64,000 bases of DNA from Bacteroides sp. UBA7333 (GCA_002471195.1 DKPN01000067.1:46126-110125); one strand, 5' to 3'. Shown: positions 1 to 12,578, counted from the first letter of the stretch. Made by a program: numbers and translations. The notes: generated by a model not told the origin, from the sequence alone.

Positions 1-1120
1 TGTTTACTCTGGTAAAATTGAAGCGGGTTCTTATACCTACAATGCTCGTTCTGGTAAAAAAGAGCGTGTGTCACGTTTGTTCCAAATGCACTCAAACAAG
101 CAAAATCCTGTTGAGGTAATTGGTGCTGGTGATATTGGCGCTGGTGTTGGTTTTAAAGATATTCGTACAGGTGATACGCTTTGTGATGAATCTGCTCCGA
201 TCGTTCTTGAATCTATGGACTTCCCAGAACCAGTAATTGGTATCGCTGTTGAGCCTAAGACTCAAAAAGATATGGATAAGCTTGCGAATGGTCTTGCTAA
301 ACTTGCTGAAGAGGATCCAACATTTACTGTTAAAACTGACGAGCAAAGTGGTCAAACAGTAATCTCTGGTATGGGTGAGCTTCACTTAGATATTATTATC
401 GACCGTTTGAAACGCGAGTTTAAAGTAGAATGTAACCAAGGTAAACCTCAGGTTAACTATAAAGAAGCTATTACAAAAACTGTTGATCTACGCGAAGTTT
501 ATAAAAAACAATCGGGTGGTCGTGGTAAGTTTGCTGATATCATCGTTAAGATTGGTCCAGTTGACGAAAGCTTTACAGAGGGTGGTCTACAATTCATCGA
601 CGAAGTTAAAGGTGGTAACATTCCAAAAGAATTTATCCCTTCAGTTCAAAAAGGTTTCACTTCAGCAATGAAAAATGGCGTATTAGCAGGTTATCCTTTA
701 GATTCATTGAAAGTGGTTTTGACAGATGGATCTTTCCATCCTGTTGACTCTGACCAACTTTCATTTGAGATCTGTGCTATCCAAGCTTACAAAAGCGCTT
801 GTGCTAAAGCGGGTCCTGTATTGATGGAGCCTATTATGAAATTGGAAGTTGTAACTCCAGAAGAGAATATGGGTGACGTTATCGGTGACTTGAACAAACG
901 TCGTGGTCAAGTTGAAGGTATGGAATCTAGCCGTTCAGGTGCTCGTATCGTAAAAGCGATGGTTCCTCTTGCTGAAATGTTTGGTTATGTAACTGCGTTA
1001 CGTACTATTACTTCAGGTCGTGCAACATCGTCTATGACATACTCACATCACGCTCAAGTTTCTAACTCTATCGCTAAAGCGGTATTGGAAGAAGTTAAAG
1101 GACGTGCTGATTTGCTGTAA
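1..1120 (+). CDS. fusA: Elongation factor G (5'-truncated by window edge)
   Basis: Frame is open from the window start (VYSGKIEAG...). EF-G motifs [26 protein letters not shown] and EMFGY are present. Confidence 0.98.
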   Translation, partial: VYSGKIEAGSYTYNARSGKKERVSRLFQMHSNKQNPVEVIGAGDIGAGVGFKDIRTGDTLCDESAPIVLESMDFPEPVIGIAVEPKTQKDMDKLANGLAKLAEEDPTFTVKTDEQSGQTVISGMGELHLDIIIDRLKREFKVECNQGKPQVNYKEAITKTVDLREVYKKQSGGRGKFADIIVKIGPVDESFTEGGLQFIDEVKGGNIPKEFIPSVQKGFTSAMKNGVLAGYPLDSLKVVLTDGSFHPVDSDQLSFEICAIQAYKSACAKAGPVLMEPIMKLEVVTPEENMGDVIGDLNKRRGQVEGMESSRSGARIVKAMVPLAEMFGYVTALRTITSGRATSSMTYSHHAQVSNSIAKAVLEEVKGRADLL

Positions 1121-1128
1121 ATAAAATC

Positions 1129-1165
1129 GAGTCGCAGGCTAGCGAATGACTCTTAGCCTGCGCTC
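1129..1165 (+). promoter_or_regulatory. GC-rich stem-loop between fusA and rpsJ (terminator-like or r-protein leader)
   Basis: CGCAGGCTA pairs with TAGCCTGCG, closed by GAG/CTC and followed by AACTTTT. Confidence 0.5.
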
Positions 1166-1198
1166 AACTTTTAATATATTATTAATAAACAAAAGACA

Positions 1199-1504
1199 AT
1201 GAGTCAGAAAATTAGAATCAAACTAAAATCTTACGACCATAACTTGGTTGATAAGTCAGCTGAAAAGATTGTAAGAACAGTGAAGGCTACCGGTGCTATT
1301 GTTAGTGGTCCAATTCCATTGCCAACACACAAAAGAATCTTTACTGTGAACCGTTCGACTTTCGTAAACAAAAAGTCACGTGAGCAATTTGAACTATGTT
1401 CTTATAAGAGATTGATCGACATCTATAGCTCAACAGCTAAAACTGTAGATGCTTTGATGAAGCTTGAATTACCAAGTGGTGTAGAAGTAGAAATTAAAGT
1501 TTGA
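1199..1504 (+). CDS. rpsJ: 30S ribosomal protein S10
   Basis: [28 protein letters not shown]. Confidence 0.99.
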   Translation: MSQKIRIKLKSYDHNLVDKSAEKIVRTVKATGAIVSGPIPLPTHKRIFTVNRSTFVNKKSREQFELCSYKRLIDIYSSTAKTVDALMKLELPSGVEVEIKV

Positions 1505-1523
1505 TAATTTAAAAATTAGTGAA

Positions 1524-2141
1524 ATGCCAGGATTATTAGGAAAAAAAATCGGAATGACATCCGTTTTCAGTGCCGATGGTAAAAATGTACCATGCACTGT
1601 TATCGAAGCAGGTCCTTGTGTTGTTACTCAAGTTAAAACACTAGAGAAAGATGGCTACGAAGCTGTTCAGTTGGGTTTCCAAGACAAAAAGGAAAAACAT
1701 ACAACTAAACCTTTGATGGGTCACTTCAAAAGAGCAGGAGTAACACCAAAGAGACACTTGGCCGAGTTCAAGGAATTTGAAACAGAATTGAACCTAGGTG
1801 ATACAGTTACTGTAGAATTATTCAATGATGCTAACTTTGTTGATGTTGTTGGTACTTCTAAGGGTAAAGGTTTCCAAGGGGTTGTTAAAAGACATGGTTT
1901 TGGTGGTGTAGGTCAAGCTACTCACGGTCAACATAACCGTGCTCGTAAACCGGGTTCTATCGGTGCTTGTTCGTATCCAGCGAAAGTATTCAAAGGTATG
2001 CGTATGGGTGGCCAAATGGGTGGTGACAGAGTTACCGTTCAAAATTTGCAAGTATTAAAAGTAATCGCGGAACATAACCTTCTTTTGATTAAAGGTTCTA
2101 TCCCAGGTTGCAAAGGTTCAATCGTTTTAATTGAGAAATAA
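1524..2141 (+). CDS. rplC: 50S ribosomal protein L3
   Basis: [22 protein letters not shown]; S10 operon order. Confidence 0.99.
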   Translation: MPGLLGKKIGMTSVFSADGKNVPCTVIEAGPCVVTQVKTLEKDGYEAVQLGFQDKKEKHTTKPLMGHFKRAGVTPKRHLAEFKEFETELNLGDTVTVELFNDANFVDVVGTSKGKGFQGVVKRHGFGGVGQATHGQHNRARKPGSIGACSYPAKVFKGMRMGGQMGGDRVTVQNLQVLKVIAEHNLLLIKGSIPGCKGSIVLIEK

Positions 2142-2767
2142 TGGAAGTTAACGTATATAACATTAAAGGTGAAGACACTGGAAGAAAGATTACGTTAAAC
2201 GAATCAATCTTCGGAATTGAGCCAAATGACCATGCTATCTACTTAGATGTAAAGCAGTTCATGGCTAATCAACGTCAAGGTACTCACAAATCAAAAGAAA
2301 GAAGTGAAATTAGTGGATCTACACGTAAAATCGGTCGCCAAAAAGGTGGTGGTGGTGCACGTCGTGGTGACATGAATTCTCCAGTTCTTGTTGGTGGTGC
2401 TCGTGTATTTGGTCCTAAGCCAAGAGATTACTACTTCAAATTGAATAAAAAGGTAAAAGCTTTAGCTCGTAAATCAGCTTTGGCTTATAAAGCTCAAAAT
2501 AACGGCATTGTTGTTTTAGAAGACTTCACATTTGAAGCACCTAAAACTAAAGATTTCGTTACTATGGCAAAAAATCTTAAAGTTTCTGATAAAAAACTAC
2601 TTATGGTTTTACCAGAAGCAAATAAAAACGTATATTTGTCAGCTCGTAACATTAAGAGTGTTAATGTACAAACCGTTTCGGGATTAAATACTTACAGAGT
2701 ATTGGATGCCGGAGTTGTTGTGCTTACAGAAAACGCTTTGACGGCTATTGACAATATCTTAATTTAA
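2141..2767 (+). CDS. rplD: 50S ribosomal protein L4
   Basis: [30 protein letters not shown]. Confidence 0.99.
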   Translation: MEVNVYNIKGEDTGRKITLNESIFGIEPNDHAIYLDVKQFMANQRQGTHKSKERSEISGSTRKIGRQKGGGGARRGDMNSPVLVGGARVFGPKPRDYYFKLNKKVKALARKSALAYKAQNNGIVVLEDFTFEAPKTKDFVTMAKNLKVSDKKLLMVLPEANKNVYLSARNIKSVNVQTVSGLNTYRVLDAGVVVLTENALTAIDNILI

Positions 2768-2782
2768 TAGGAGGCTTAGATA

Positions 2783-3073
2783 ATGGGAATTATTATTAAA
2801 CCGTTGGTGACAGAGAAAATGACTGCAATAACAGACAAGTTTAATCGCTTTGGCTTTGTTGTGCGTCCTGACGCTAATAAATTACAAATTAAGAGTGAGA
2901 TTGAAGCCCTTTACAATGTTACAGTAGTTGATGTAAACACTGCAAAGTATGCTGGCAAAAATAAAAGCCGTTATACTAAAGCAGGTATCATCAAAGGCCG
3001 TACGAATGCTTTCAAAAAAGCTATCGTAACATTAAAGGATGGTGATACTATTGATTTTTATAGCAATATTTAA
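2783..3073 (+). CDS. rplW: 50S ribosomal protein L23
   Basis: [16 protein letters not shown]; operon order. Confidence 0.98.
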   Translation: MGIIIKPLVTEKMTAITDKFNRFGFVVRPDANKLQIKSEIEALYNVTVVDVNTAKYAGKNKSRYTKAGIIKGRTNAFKKAIVTLKDGDTIDFYSNI

Positions 3074-3078
3074 TAAAA

Positions 3079-3903
<825 letters not shown>

Positions 3904-3923
3904 TCTGATTAATTGAATAAACT

Positions 3924-4193
3924 ATGAGTCGTTCATTAAAAAAAGGTCCGTATATCAACGTTAAGCTCGAAAAGAAAGTACTTGCGATGAATGAAGCTGG
4001 TAAAAAAAATGTTGTTAAAACATGGGCCAGAGCTTCTATGATTTCGCCAGACTTCGTAGGGCACACAGTTGCAGTTCATAACGGAAATAAATTTATTCCT
4101 GTATATGTTACCGAAAATATGGTAGGTCACAAGTTAGGCGAATTCGCTCCAACTCGTACTTTCCGTGGTCACTCTGGTAATAAGAAAAGATAA
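3924..4193 (+). CDS. rpsS: 30S ribosomal protein S19
   Basis: [20 protein letters not shown]. Confidence 0.99.
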   Translation: MSRSLKKGPYINVKLEKKVLAMNEAGKKNVVKTWARASMISPDFVGHTVAVHNGNKFIPVYVTENMVGHKLGEFAPTRTFRGHSGNKKR

Positions 4194-4228
4194 CAGGACT
4201 TATTTGAAATAATAAAGTAATAAATATA

Positions 4229-4633
4229 ATGGGAGCAAGAAAAAAAATATCGGCTGATAAAAGAAAAGAAGCCCTTAAAACCATGTATTTTGCCAAATTG
4301 CAAAATGTTCCTACTTCTCCTCGCAAAATGCGTCTTGTGGCTGACATGATTCGCGGGATGGAAGTAAACAAAGCACTTGGTGTACTGAAGTTTTCTTCTA
4401 AAGAAGCTTCTGCTAGAGTGGAGAAACTACTTCGCTCTGCAATTGCTAACTGGGAGCAAAAAAACGAGCGTAAAGCCGAAAGCGGAGAATTATTTGTAAC
4501 AAAGGTTTATGTTGATGGTGGTGCTACTCTTAAAAGAATGAGACCAGCTCCACAGGGTAGAGGTTACAGAATTCGTAAGCGTTCAAACCATGTTACGCTG
4601 TTCGTTGATTCTAAAAGTAATAACGTAGATTAA
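4229..4633 (+). CDS. rplV: 50S ribosomal protein L22
   Basis: [29 protein letters not shown]. Confidence 0.98.
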   Translation: MGARKKISADKRKEALKTMYFAKLQNVPTSPRKMRLVADMIRGMEVNKALGVLKFSSKEASARVEKLLRSAIANWEQKNERKAESGELFVTKVYVDGGATLKRMRPAPQGRGYRIRKRSNHVTLFVDSKSNNVD

Positions 4634-4643
4634 ATTAAGGTAG

Positions 4644-5375
4644 ATGGGACAAAAAGTTAATCCAATAAGCAACCGTTTAGGAATTATCAGAGGATGGGAT
4701 TCTAACTGGTATGGTGGAAATGATTACGGAGATGCATTGCTGGAAGATAGCAAAATCCGTAAATATCTTAATGCGAGACTTGCTAAAGCAAGCGTTTCAA
4801 GAATTGTTATTGAACGTACGTTGAAACTTGTAACAATCACAGTTTGTACTGCTCGCCCAGGTATCATTATCGGTAAAGGTGGTCAAGAAGTTGATAAGTT
4901 AAAAGAAGAGTTGAAAAAGATCACCGACAAAGATATTCAAATCAATATCTTTGAAGTGAAAAGACCAGAACTTGATGCTGTAATCGTTGCAAATAACATT
5001 GCTCGTCAAGTTGAGGGTAAAATTGCCTATCGCCGTGCTATTAAAATGGCTATCGCAAATACAATGCGTATGGGTGCTGAAGGTATTAAAATTCAAATCT
5101 CTGGACGTTTGAATGGAGCTGAAATGGCTCGTTCTGAGATGTACAAAGAAGGAAGAACTCCGTTGCATACTTTCCGCGCTGATATCGATTACTGTCATGC
5201 TGAAGCGTTGACTAAAGTAGGATTGTTAGGTATCAAAGTTTGGATTTGTAGAGGTGAAGTTTATGGCAAGAGAGAATTAGCTCCAAACTTTACACAAAGC
5301 AAAGAAAGTGGTCGTGGTAATAATAATAACCAAGGCGGCGGTAAAAACTTCAAAAGAAAGAAAAATAATCGCTAA
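4644..5375 (+). CDS. rpsC: 30S ribosomal protein S3
   Basis: [27 protein letters not shown]. Confidence 0.99.
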   Translation: MGQKVNPISNRLGIIRGWDSNWYGGNDYGDALLEDSKIRKYLNARLAKASVSRIVIERTLKLVTITVCTARPGIIIGKGGQEVDKLKEELKKITDKDIQINIFEVKRPELDAVIVANNIARQVEGKIAYRRAIKMAIANTMRMGAEGIKIQISGRLNGAEMARSEMYKEGRTPLHTFRADIDYCHAEALTKVGLLGIKVWICRGEVYGKRELAPNFTQSKESGRGNNNNQGGGKNFKRKKNNR

Positions 5376-5394
5376 ACGATTAATTTAACGAATT

Positions 5395-5829
5395 ATGTTA
5401 CAACCGAAAAAGACAAAATTCAGAAGACAACAAAAGGGTCGTCAAAAGGGTATCGCTCAACGCGGTAACCAATTGGCGTTCGGCTCTTTTGGTATCAAGG
5501 CCTTGGAAACTAAATGGATTACAGGCCGTCAAATTGAAGCTGCTCGTATTGCAGTAACAAGATATATGCAACGTCAAGGTCAAATTTGGATCAGAATTTT
5601 CCCTGATAAACCAATTACTCGTAAACCAGCCGATGTGCGTATGGGTAAGGGTAAAGGTGCCCCAGAAGGATTTGTTGCTCCAGTGACACCAGGACGTATC
5701 ATTATTGAAGCTGAAGGTGTATCTTACGAAATCGCTCGCGAAGCACTTCGTTTGGCTGCTCAAAAACTTCCTATTACTACTAAATTTGTAGTAAGACGTG
5801 ATTATGATATTCAAAATCAAAATGCGTAA
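5395..5829 (+). CDS. rplP: 50S ribosomal protein L16
   Basis: [26 protein letters not shown]. Confidence 0.99.
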   Translation: MLQPKKTKFRRQQKGRQKGIAQRGNQLAFGSFGIKALETKWITGRQIEAARIAVTRYMQRQGQIWIRIFPDKPITRKPADVRMGKGKGAPEGFVAPVTPGRIIIEAEGVSYEIAREALRLAAQKLPITTKFVVRRDYDIQNQNA

Positions 5830-5834
5830 TGTTT

Positions 5835-6032
5835 ATGAAAACTGCAGAAATTAAAGAAATGTCTACTGCTGACTTAGCAGAAAGAATCGAAGCTGAAGTA
5901 GTAAATTATAACCAAATGGTTATTAACCATGCTATTTCTCCTTTAGAAAATCCTGCGCAAATTAAACATTTACGCAGAACGATTGCGCGCATGAAAACAG
6001 AGTTGCGTGATAGAGAACTTAACAATAAATAA
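5835..6032 (+). CDS. rpmC: 50S ribosomal protein L29
   Basis: LENPAQIKHLRRTIARMKT; lies between rplP and rpsQ. An alternative ATG is at 5829. Confidence 0.95.
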   Translation: MKTAEIKEMSTADLAERIEAEVVNYNQMVINHAISPLENPAQIKHLRRTIARMKTELRDRELNNK

Positions 6033-6041
6033 TCGGGCTTG

Positions 6042-6299
6042 ATGGAAGCAAGAAATTTAAGAAAAGAAAGAACTGGGGTAGTGTTAAGCACTAAAATGGA
6101 TAAAACCATTACAGTAGCAGCTAAGTTTAAAGAAAAACACCCCATCTATGGTAAGTTCGTTAGCAAGACTAAGAAATACCATGCTCATGATGAAAAAAAT
6201 GAATGTAATGTAGGTGATACAGTACGCATAATGGAAACTCGTCCTTTGAGCAAGACTAAGAGATGGAGAATGGTAGAAATAATTGAAAGAGCTAAGTAA
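6042..6299 (+). CDS. rpsQ: 30S ribosomal protein S17
   Basis: [25 protein letters not shown]. Confidence 0.98.
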   Translation: MEARNLRKERTGVVLSTKMDKTITVAAKFKEKHPIYGKFVSKTKKYHAHDEKNECNVGDTVRIMETRPLSKTKRWRMVEIIERAK

Positions 6300-6301
6300 T
6301 T

Positions 6302-6667
6302 ATGATACAAGTAGAATCCAGACTTACAGTATGTGATAACAGTGGAGCAAAAGAAGCACTTTGTATCCGCGTTTTAGGTGGAACACGTCGTCGTTACGCT
6401 TCAGTGGGTGACGTAATCGTTGTTTCCGTGAAAAGTGTTATCCCTTCAGGTGATGTTAAAAAAGGTGTAGTGTCAAAAGCTTTGATCGTACGTACTAAAA
6501 AAGAAATCCGTCGTCCTGATGGTTCTTATATACGTTTTGATGATAATGCTTGTGTATTATTAAATAACGCAGGTGAAATCAGAGGTAGTCGTATTTTCGG
6601 TCCAGTAGCACGTGAACTTCGTGCTACAAACATGAAAGTTGTGTCATTAGCACCTGAGGTACTTTAA
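6302..6667 (+). CDS. rplN: 50S ribosomal protein L14
   Basis: DNSGAK, RFDDNA, SLAPEVL. Confidence 0.99.
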   Translation: MIQVESRLTVCDNSGAKEALCIRVLGGTRRRYASVGDVIVVSVKSVIPSGDVKKGVVSKALIVRTKKEIRRPDGSYIRFDDNACVLLNNAGEIRGSRIFGPVARELRATNMKVVSLAPEVL

Positions 6668-6687
6668 TTTTGTAAAAGATTTAAGTA

Positions 6688-7008
6688 ATGAGTAAATTAC
6701 ATATTAAAAAAGGCGATACAGTTTACGTTAACTCTGGTGAAGACAAGGGTAAAACTGGTCGCGTATTGCAGGTTTTAGTAAAAAAAGGTCGTGCTATTGT
6801 TGAAGGTATCAACATGGTATCTAAAAGCACCAAACCTAATGCTAAGAATCCACAAGGGGGTATCGTGAAGCAAGAAGCTTCTATCCATATCTCTAATTTG
6901 AATCCAGTTGATGCAAAAACTGGAAAAGCAACACGTATTGGTAGAAAATTGAGTTCTGAAGGAACTTTAGTGCGTTATTCTAAAAAATCAGGAGAGGAGA
7001 TTAAATAA
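6688..7008 (+). CDS. rplX: 50S ribosomal protein L24
   Basis: [18 protein letters not shown] motif, IHISN. Confidence 0.98.
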   Translation: MSKLHIKKGDTVYVNSGEDKGKTGRVLQVLVKKGRAIVEGINMVSKSTKPNAKNPQGGIVKQEASIHISNLNPVDAKTGKATRIGRKLSSEGTLVRYSKKSGEEIK

Positions 7009-7565
7009 TGAGTAATACTGCAAGCCTTAAGAAAGAGTATGCAGAGCGCATCGCGCCTGCACTAAAGTCGCAATTTGAGTATTCTTCATCAATGCAAATT
7101 CCTGTACTTAAAAAGATTGTTATCAATCAAGGTTTAGGTATGGCTGTTGCTGATAAGAAAATCATTGAGGTTGCTATCAACGAAATGACAGCAATCACTG
7201 GTCAAAAAGCAGTTGCTACTATTTCTCGTAAAGATATCGCGAACTTTAAGTTACGTAAAAAAATGCCTATCGGTGTCATGGTAACTCTTCGTCGTGAGAG
7301 AATGTATGAGTTTTTGGAAAAACTAGTTCGCGTTGCTTTGCCTCGTATTCGTGACTTCAAAGGAATTGAAAGCAAATTCGACGGTAAAGGAAACTACACT
7401 CTAGGTATCCAAGAGCAAATTATTTTCCCAGAAATTAATATTGATAGTATTTCAAAAATTCTTGGAATGAATATTACCTTTGTGACAACTGCAAAAACAG
7501 ATGAAGAAGGGTATGCTTTATTAAAAGAATTTGGTTTACCATTCAAAAACGCTAAAAAAGACTGA
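7008..7565 (+). CDS. rplE: 50S ribosomal protein L5
   Basis: [21 protein letters not shown]. Confidence 0.99.
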   Translation: MSNTASLKKEYAERIAPALKSQFEYSSSMQIPVLKKIVINQGLGMAVADKKIIEVAINEMTAITGQKAVATISRKDIANFKLRKKMPIGVMVTLRRERMYEFLEKLVRVALPRIRDFKGIESKFDGKGNYTLGIQEQIIFPEINIDSISKILGMNITFVTTAKTDEEGYALLKEFGLPFKNAKKD

Positions 7566-7566
7566 T

Positions 7567-7836
7567 ATGGCAAAGGAATCAATGAAGGCTCGTGAAGTTA
7601 AACGTGCTAAATTAGTTGCTAAATACGCTGAAAAAAGAGCTCAAATGAAAAAAGACGGTGATTATGAAGGACTTCAAAGTCTACCTAAAAACGCGTCTCC
7701 AGTTCGTTTGCATAACCGTTGTAAATTGACAGGTCGTCCTAAAGGATATATCCGTCAATTCGGTATCTCAAGAATTCAGTTTCGCGAAATGGCTTCAAAC
7801 GGCCTTATTCCAGGTGTTAAAAAAGCAAGCTGGTAA
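7567..7836 (+). CDS. rpsN: 30S ribosomal protein S14 (89 aa, zinc-independent type)
   Basis: Starts [10 protein letters not shown] at 7567 (the track's 7531 start is an over-extension). Contains [11 protein letters not shown] and GVKKASW. Confidence 0.97.
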   Translation: MAKESMKAREVKRAKLVAKYAEKRAQMKKDGDYEGLQSLPKNASPVRLHNRCKLTGRPKGYIRQFGISRIQFREMASNGLIPGVKKASW

Positions 7837-7843
7837 TTTAATA

Positions 7844-7876
7844 TTAAATATTGTCAGGGCAGCCTGATCAATTTAA
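7844..7876 (+). promoter_or_regulatory. Hairpin upstream of rpsH, candidate S8-binding leader
   Basis: TTAAA-TA-TTG-TCAGG-gcag-CCTGA-T-CAA-TTTAA. The GUCAG/CUGAU core resembles 16S helix 21. Confidence 0.45.
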
Positions 7877-7887
7877 ATTATTTATAT

Positions 7888-8283
7888 ATGACTGATCCAA
7901 TAGCAGATTATTTAACGAGATTGCGGAATGCAATTGGTGCAAAGCACAGAATTGTTGAAATTCCAGCATCAAATCTTAAAAAAGAAATTACAAAAATTCT
8001 TTTTGACAAAGGCTACATCCTTAATTATAAGTTTGTAGCAGAGGGTCCTCAAGGTACAATCAAAATTGCTTTGAAGTATGACTCAGTAAACAAAGTAAAT
8101 GCAATTAAAAAATTGCAAAGAATATCTTCACCAGGTTTACGTCAGTATACTGGTTACAAAGATATGCCGCGTGTTATTAATGGTTTGGGTATTGCAATAA
8201 TATCTACTTCCAAAGGTGTAATGACAGACAAAGAAGCTGCTGATCTTAAAATCGGTGGTGAAGTATTGTGTTATGTTTATTAA
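7888..8283 (+). CDS. rpsH: 30S ribosomal protein S8
   Basis: MTDPIADYLTRLRNA, SSPGLRQY, STSKGVMT. Confidence 0.99.
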   Translation: MTDPIADYLTRLRNAIGAKHRIVEIPASNLKKEITKILFDKGYILNYKFVAEGPQGTIKIALKYDSVNKVNAIKKLQRISSPGLRQYTGYKDMPRVINGLGIAIISTSKGVMTDKEAADLKIGGEVLCYVY

Positions 8284-8297
8284 TAGGAGGAATTGCA

Positions 8298-8867
8298 ATG
8301 TCAAGAATAGGAAAATTACCCATTAGTATCCCTGCTGGTGTTACTGTTACTTTAAAAGACGATGTGGTTACCGTAAAAGGCCCTAAAGGTGAATTAAGTC
8401 AATATGTTAACCCTGCTATCAATGTTACTATTGAAGATGGTACTCTAACTTTGAGTGAGAACGATAAATTAATGCAAGATAACGCAAAGCAAAAACATGC
8501 TTTCCACGGTTTATATCGTGCATTAGTCTATAATATGGTTGTAGGTGTGTCTGAAGGCTATAAGAAAGAATTAGAATTGGTTGGTGTAGGTTATCGTGCA
8601 TCAAACCAAGGAAATATAATAGAACTTTCTTTAGGTTATACTCACCCTATTTTCATCCAGTTACCTGCTGAAATTAAAGTTGAAACCAAAACAGAAAGAA
8701 ATAAGAATCCTCTTATAATTTTAGAATCTTGCGATAAACAATTGCTTGGTCAAGTTTGCTCTAAAATACGTTCTTTCCGTAAGCCAGAGCCTTATAAAGG
8801 TAAAGGTATTAAGTTTGTTGGCGAAATCATTCGTAGAAAGTCTGGTAAATCTGCAGGCGCTAAATAA
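8298..8867 (+). CDS. rplF: 50S ribosomal protein L6
   Basis: Starts MSRIGKLPI at 8298, after AGGAGG. Contains PEPYKGKGI. Confidence 0.99.
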   Translation: MSRIGKLPISIPAGVTVTLKDDVVTVKGPKGELSQYVNPAINVTIEDGTLTLSENDKLMQDNAKQKHAFHGLYRALVYNMVVGVSEGYKKELELVGVGYRASNQGNIIELSLGYTHPIFIQLPAEIKVETKTERNKNPLIILESCDKQLLGQVCSKIRSFRKPEPYKGKGIKFVGEIIRRKSGKSAGAK

Positions 8868-8885
8868 TTTTAAATAAGTATTATT

Positions 8886-9230
8886 ATGACAACAAAATTA
8901 GAAAGACGAATTAAGATTAAATATAGAGTACGCAATAAAATATCAGGTACAACAGAACGTCCTCGTATGAGCGTATTCAGAAGTAACAAGCAAATTTATG
9001 TACAAATCATTGATGATTTGACAGGTAAAACTTTAGCTGCTGCTTCTTCTTTAGGAATGACTGATAAAGTAAACAAAAAAGAACAAGCTGCTAACGTTGG
9101 CGAACTAATTGCGAAAAAAGCGCAAGAAGCTGGCATAACTGAAGTTGTATTTGACCGTAATGGTTACTTATATCACGGGAGAATTAAAGAGGTAGCTGAT
9201 GCTGCTCGTAAAGGTGGACTTAAATTTTAA
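8886..9230 (+). CDS. rplR: 50S ribosomal protein L18
   Basis: [23 protein letters not shown]. Confidence 0.99.
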   Translation: MTTKLERRIKIKYRVRNKISGTTERPRMSVFRSNKQIYVQIIDDLTGKTLAAASSLGMTDKVNKKEQAANVGELIAKKAQEAGITEVVFDRNGYLYHGRIKEVADAARKGGLKF

Positions 9231-9235
9231 TCATC

Positions 9236-9754
9236 ATGGCAGGTATGAATAATAGAGTAAAAATCTCAAACGATATCGAACTTAAAGACAGACTTGTTGC
9301 TATCAATCGTGTTACTAAGGTAACAAAAGGTGGTAGAACTTTTAGCTTCTCTGCTATTGTGGTTGTTGGTAACGAAGATGGAATTATCGGTTGGGGTCTT
9401 GGTAAGGCTGGTGAAGTAACAGCAGCTATTGCAAAAGGAGTTGAATCAGCAAAGAAAAACTTAACTCGCGTTCCAGTATTAAAAGGTACTGTACCTCACG
9501 AACAAACTGCTAGATTTGGTGGTGCAGAGGTATTTATCAAACCAGCTTCACACGGTACTGGTGTTGTAGCAGGTGGTGCGATGCGTGCCGTTCTAGAGAG
9601 TGTTGGTATTACTGACGTTTTGGCTAAATCAAAAGGTTCTTCAAATCCCCATAACTTGGTTAAAGCTACAATTTTAGCTTTAGGTGAGATGCGCGATGCG
9701 AGAATGGTTGCTCAAAACAGAGGTATCAGTGTTGAAAAAGTATTTAGAGGATAA
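9236..9754 (+). CDS. rpsE: 30S ribosomal protein S5
   Basis: [22 protein letters not shown]. Confidence 0.99.
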   Translation: MAGMNNRVKISNDIELKDRLVAINRVTKVTKGGRTFSFSAIVVVGNEDGIIGWGLGKAGEVTAAIAKGVESAKKNLTRVPVLKGTVPHEQTARFGGAEVFIKPASHGTGVVAGGAMRAVLESVGITDVLAKSKGSSNPHNLVKATILALGEMRDARMVAQNRGISVEKVFRG

Positions 9755-9765
9755 GGAGATAATTT

Positions 9766-9942
9766 ATGGCAACTATTAAAATTAAACAAGTTAAAAGTAG
9801 AATTGGTGCTCCAATCGATCAAAAAAGAACTTTGGATGCACTTGGTCTTCGTAAACTTAACCGTGTAGTTGAGCACGAAAGTACTCCTTCAATTCTAGGG
9901 ATGATCACTAAAGTGAAACACTTAGTGGTTGTAGTTGAGTAA
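9766..9942 (+). CDS. rpmD: 50S ribosomal protein L30 (not in ORF track)
   Basis: Hand translation gives MATIKIKQVKSRIGAPIDQKRTLDALGLRKLNRVVEHESTPSILGMITKVKHLVVVVE (58 aa), between rpsE and rplO. Confidence 0.98.
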   Translation: MATIKIKQVKSRIGAPIDQKRTLDALGLRKLNRVVEHESTPSILGMITKVKHLVVVVE

Positions 9943-9971
9943 TAATTTGTTGAATATAAAATAATTACGAT

Positions 9972-10418
9972 ATGAATTTAAGTAATTTAAAACCAGCTAA
10001 TGGCTCTACTAAGACTCGCAAAAGAATTGGTCGTGGTACCGGTTCAGGTTTAGGTGGTACATCTACTCGCGGTCACAAAGGAGCTAAATCAAGATCTGGT
10101 TACTCAAGAAAAATAGGTTTTGAAGGCGGTCAAATGCCACTTCAAAGACGTGTTCCAAAATTTGGATTTAAGAATATTAATCGTGTAGAATATAAAGCAA
10201 TTAACCTAGACTTAATTCAAGCATTAGCTGAAGCTAAAAAACTTGATAAAGTAGGTGTTAATGATTTCATTGAAGCAGGATTCGTATCTTCAAATCAGAT
10301 GGTTAAAGTTCTAGGAAACGGAACTTTAACTGCTAAGCTAGAAGTTGAAGCTCATGCGTTTTCAAAAACAGCAGCGGCAGCAATTGAAGCTTTAGGTGGC
10401 ACAACAACAAAACTCTAA
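9972..10418 (+). CDS. rplO: 50S ribosomal protein L15
   Basis: [18 protein letters not shown]. Confidence 0.99.
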   Translation: MNLSNLKPANGSTKTRKRIGRGTGSGLGGTSTRGHKGAKSRSGYSRKIGFEGGQMPLQRRVPKFGFKNINRVEYKAINLDLIQALAEAKKLDKVGVNDFIEAGFVSSNQMVKVLGNGTLTAKLEVEAHAFSKTAAAAIEALGGTTTKL

Positions 10419-10425
10419 TTAAATA

Positions 10426-11766
10426 ATGAGAAAAGCTATTGAAACATTAAAGAATATATGGAAAATTGAGGATCTGAAACAACGGATCCTCATTACCATA
10501 TTGTTTGTTGCAATATATCGATTCGGTTCATACGTGGTATTACCAGGTATTAACCCATCGATGTTGGCAGAACTACATCAACAAACTAGTGAGGGCCTAT
10601 TAGCCTTGTTAAACATGTTTTCCGGGGGAGCGTTTTCTAATGCATCAATTTTTGCATTAGGAATTATGCCTTATATTTCTGCATCAATCGTAATTCAGTT
10701 GCTTGGAATGGCTGTACCGCACTTCCAAAAAATGCAACGTGAAGGAGAGAGTGGTAGAAGAAAATTAAATCAATATACTCGCTACTTAACCATAGCAATC
10801 TTATTGGTTCAAGCTCCTTCTTATCTAATCAATCTGAAAATGCAGGCTGGACCTTCCTTAAATGCTTCATTAGATTGGACTTTCTTTATGATTACCTCTA
10901 CTGTTATTCTTGCCGCGGGCAGTATGTTTATCCTTTGGTTAGGAGAGCGTATCACAGATAAAGGTATTGGTAATGGTATTTCATTAATAATTATGATCGG
11001 TATTATAGCTCGTTTACCACAAGCTTTATTTCAAGAAGTCGTATCAAGAATGTCATCTACCGGTGCCGGTGGACTAATTATGTTCTTGTTCGAGGCTATT
11101 GTTTTGTTGCTTGTAATTGCTGCTGCTATAATGCTCGTGCAAGGAGCTCGTAAAATTCCTGTACAATACGCTAAGAAAATTGTTGGTAGCAAACAGGTAG
11201 GTGGCGCTCGTCAGTATATCCCTTTGAAGGTAAATGCAGCGAACGTAATGCCTATTATCTTTGCTCAAGCTATAATGTTTATTCCAATTGCATTTATTGG
11301 TTATTCTAATAATTCAGCAAGTGGAGTAGCACATGCATTAGTAGATCATACAGGATTTTGGTATAACTTCATCTTCGCTGTCATGATTATATTGTTTACG
11401 TATTTCTATACTGCAATAACAATTAATCCAACTCAGATGGCTGAAGATATGAAACGTAATAATGGTTTTATCCCAGGAATTAAGCCAGGAAAGCAAACTG
11501 CCGAATACATTGACACTATCATGTCACGTATCACTTTGCCAGGTTCGTTTTTCTTAGCTCTTATCGCTATCATGCCAGCTTTTGCAGGTTATTTTGGTGT
11601 AAAAGCTGAATTTGCTCAATTCTTCGGTGGAACTTCATTATTGATTCTTGTTGGTGTAGTTCTTGATACACTACAACAGGTTGAAAGTCATTTAATGATG
11701 AGACATTATGATGGCTTATTAAAATCTGGACGTATCAAGGGTCGCGCAGGAGTAGCTGCTTATTAA
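10426..11766 (+). CDS. secY: Preprotein translocase subunit SecY
   Basis: SIFALGIMPYISASI, GIGNGISL, IPGIKPG, GGTSLLI. Confidence 0.99.
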   Translation: MRKAIETLKNIWKIEDLKQRILITILFVAIYRFGSYVVLPGINPSMLAELHQQTSEGLLALLNMFSGGAFSNASIFALGIMPYISASIVIQLLGMAVPHFQKMQREGESGRRKLNQYTRYLTIAILLVQAPSYLINLKMQAGPSLNASLDWTFFMITSTVILAAGSMFILWLGERITDKGIGNGISLIIMIGIIARLPQALFQEVVSRMSSTGAGGLIMFLFEAIVLLLVIAAAIMLVQGARKIPVQYAKKIVGSKQVGGARQYIPLKVNAANVMPIIFAQAIMFIPIAFIGYSNNSASGVAHALVDHTGFWYNFIFAVMIILFTYFYTAITINPTQMAEDMKRNNGFIPGIKPGKQTAEYIDTIMSRITLPGSFFLALIAIMPAFAGYFGVKAEFAQFFGGTSLLILVGVVLDTLQQVESHLMMRHYDGLLKSGRIKGRAGVAAY

Positions 11767-11779
11767 TTCTTTTTTAGAA

Positions 11780-12577
11780 ATGATATTTCTTAAAACTGAA
11801 GAAGAGATAGAATTACTTCGACAAAGTAATTTGCTTGTGGGTAAAACCTTGGCAGAAGTTGCAAAACTAATCAAACCTGGAGTCACTACTCTAGAACTTG
11901 ATAAAGCTGCCGAGGAGTTTATCCGTGACAATGGTGCTATTCCTACTTTTAAAGGCTTTCCCAATCATTGCGGACAAGCATTTCCTGCAACTTTATGTAC
12001 CTCTGTTAATGAACAAGTTGTACATGGTATACCCAATAATACCATTTTGAAAGACGGAGATGTTGTATCAGTTGATTGTGGTGTTTTTATGAATGGATTT
12101 TGTGGTGATTCTGCTTATACATTTTGTGTAGGCGATGTTGCCGAAGAAATTAAGAAGTTATTAAAAACAACCAAAGAAGCCTTATATAAAGGAATAGAAA
12201 ATGCTGTTGTCGGCAAACGAATAGGTGACATAGGTTATGCTATTCAAAATTATTGCGAATCAAATTCATATGGAGTTGTACGCGAATTTGTAGGTCATGG
12301 CATTGGCCATGAAATGCACGAAGAACCTCAAGTTCCTAATTTTGGACGTCGTGGTACCGGTACGCTACTAAAAAAAGGATTATGCATAGCAATAGAGCCC
12401 ATGATTACAATGGGCGATAAGCAAGTTATAATGGAGAATGACGGTTGGACTGTTAGAACAAGAGATCGCAAAATAGCCGCTCATTTTGAGCATACTATAG
12501 CAATCAATACAGGTAAAGCTGATATACTTTCTTCGTTTGAATTTATAGAACAAGTTTTAGGAAATAAAGATATTTGA
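11780..12577 (+). CDS. map: Methionine aminopeptidase type I
   Basis: [28 protein letters not shown]. Confidence 0.98.
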   Translation: MIFLKTEEEIELLRQSNLLVGKTLAEVAKLIKPGVTTLELDKAAEEFIRDNGAIPTFKGFPNHCGQAFPATLCTSVNEQVVHGIPNNTILKDGDVVSVDCGVFMNGFCGDSAYTFCVGDVAEEIKKLLKTTKEALYKGIENAVVGKRIGDIGYAIQNYCESNSYGVVREFVGHGIGHEMHEEPQVPNFGRRGTGTLLKKGLCIAIEPMITMGDKQVIMENDGWTVRTRDRKIAAHFEHTIAINTGKADILSSFEFIEQVLGNKDI

Positions 12578-12578
12578 T

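Noticed and set aside
1120-1199. Absence of tuf between fusA and rpsJ
   Set aside because: Normal arrangement in Bacteroidetes.
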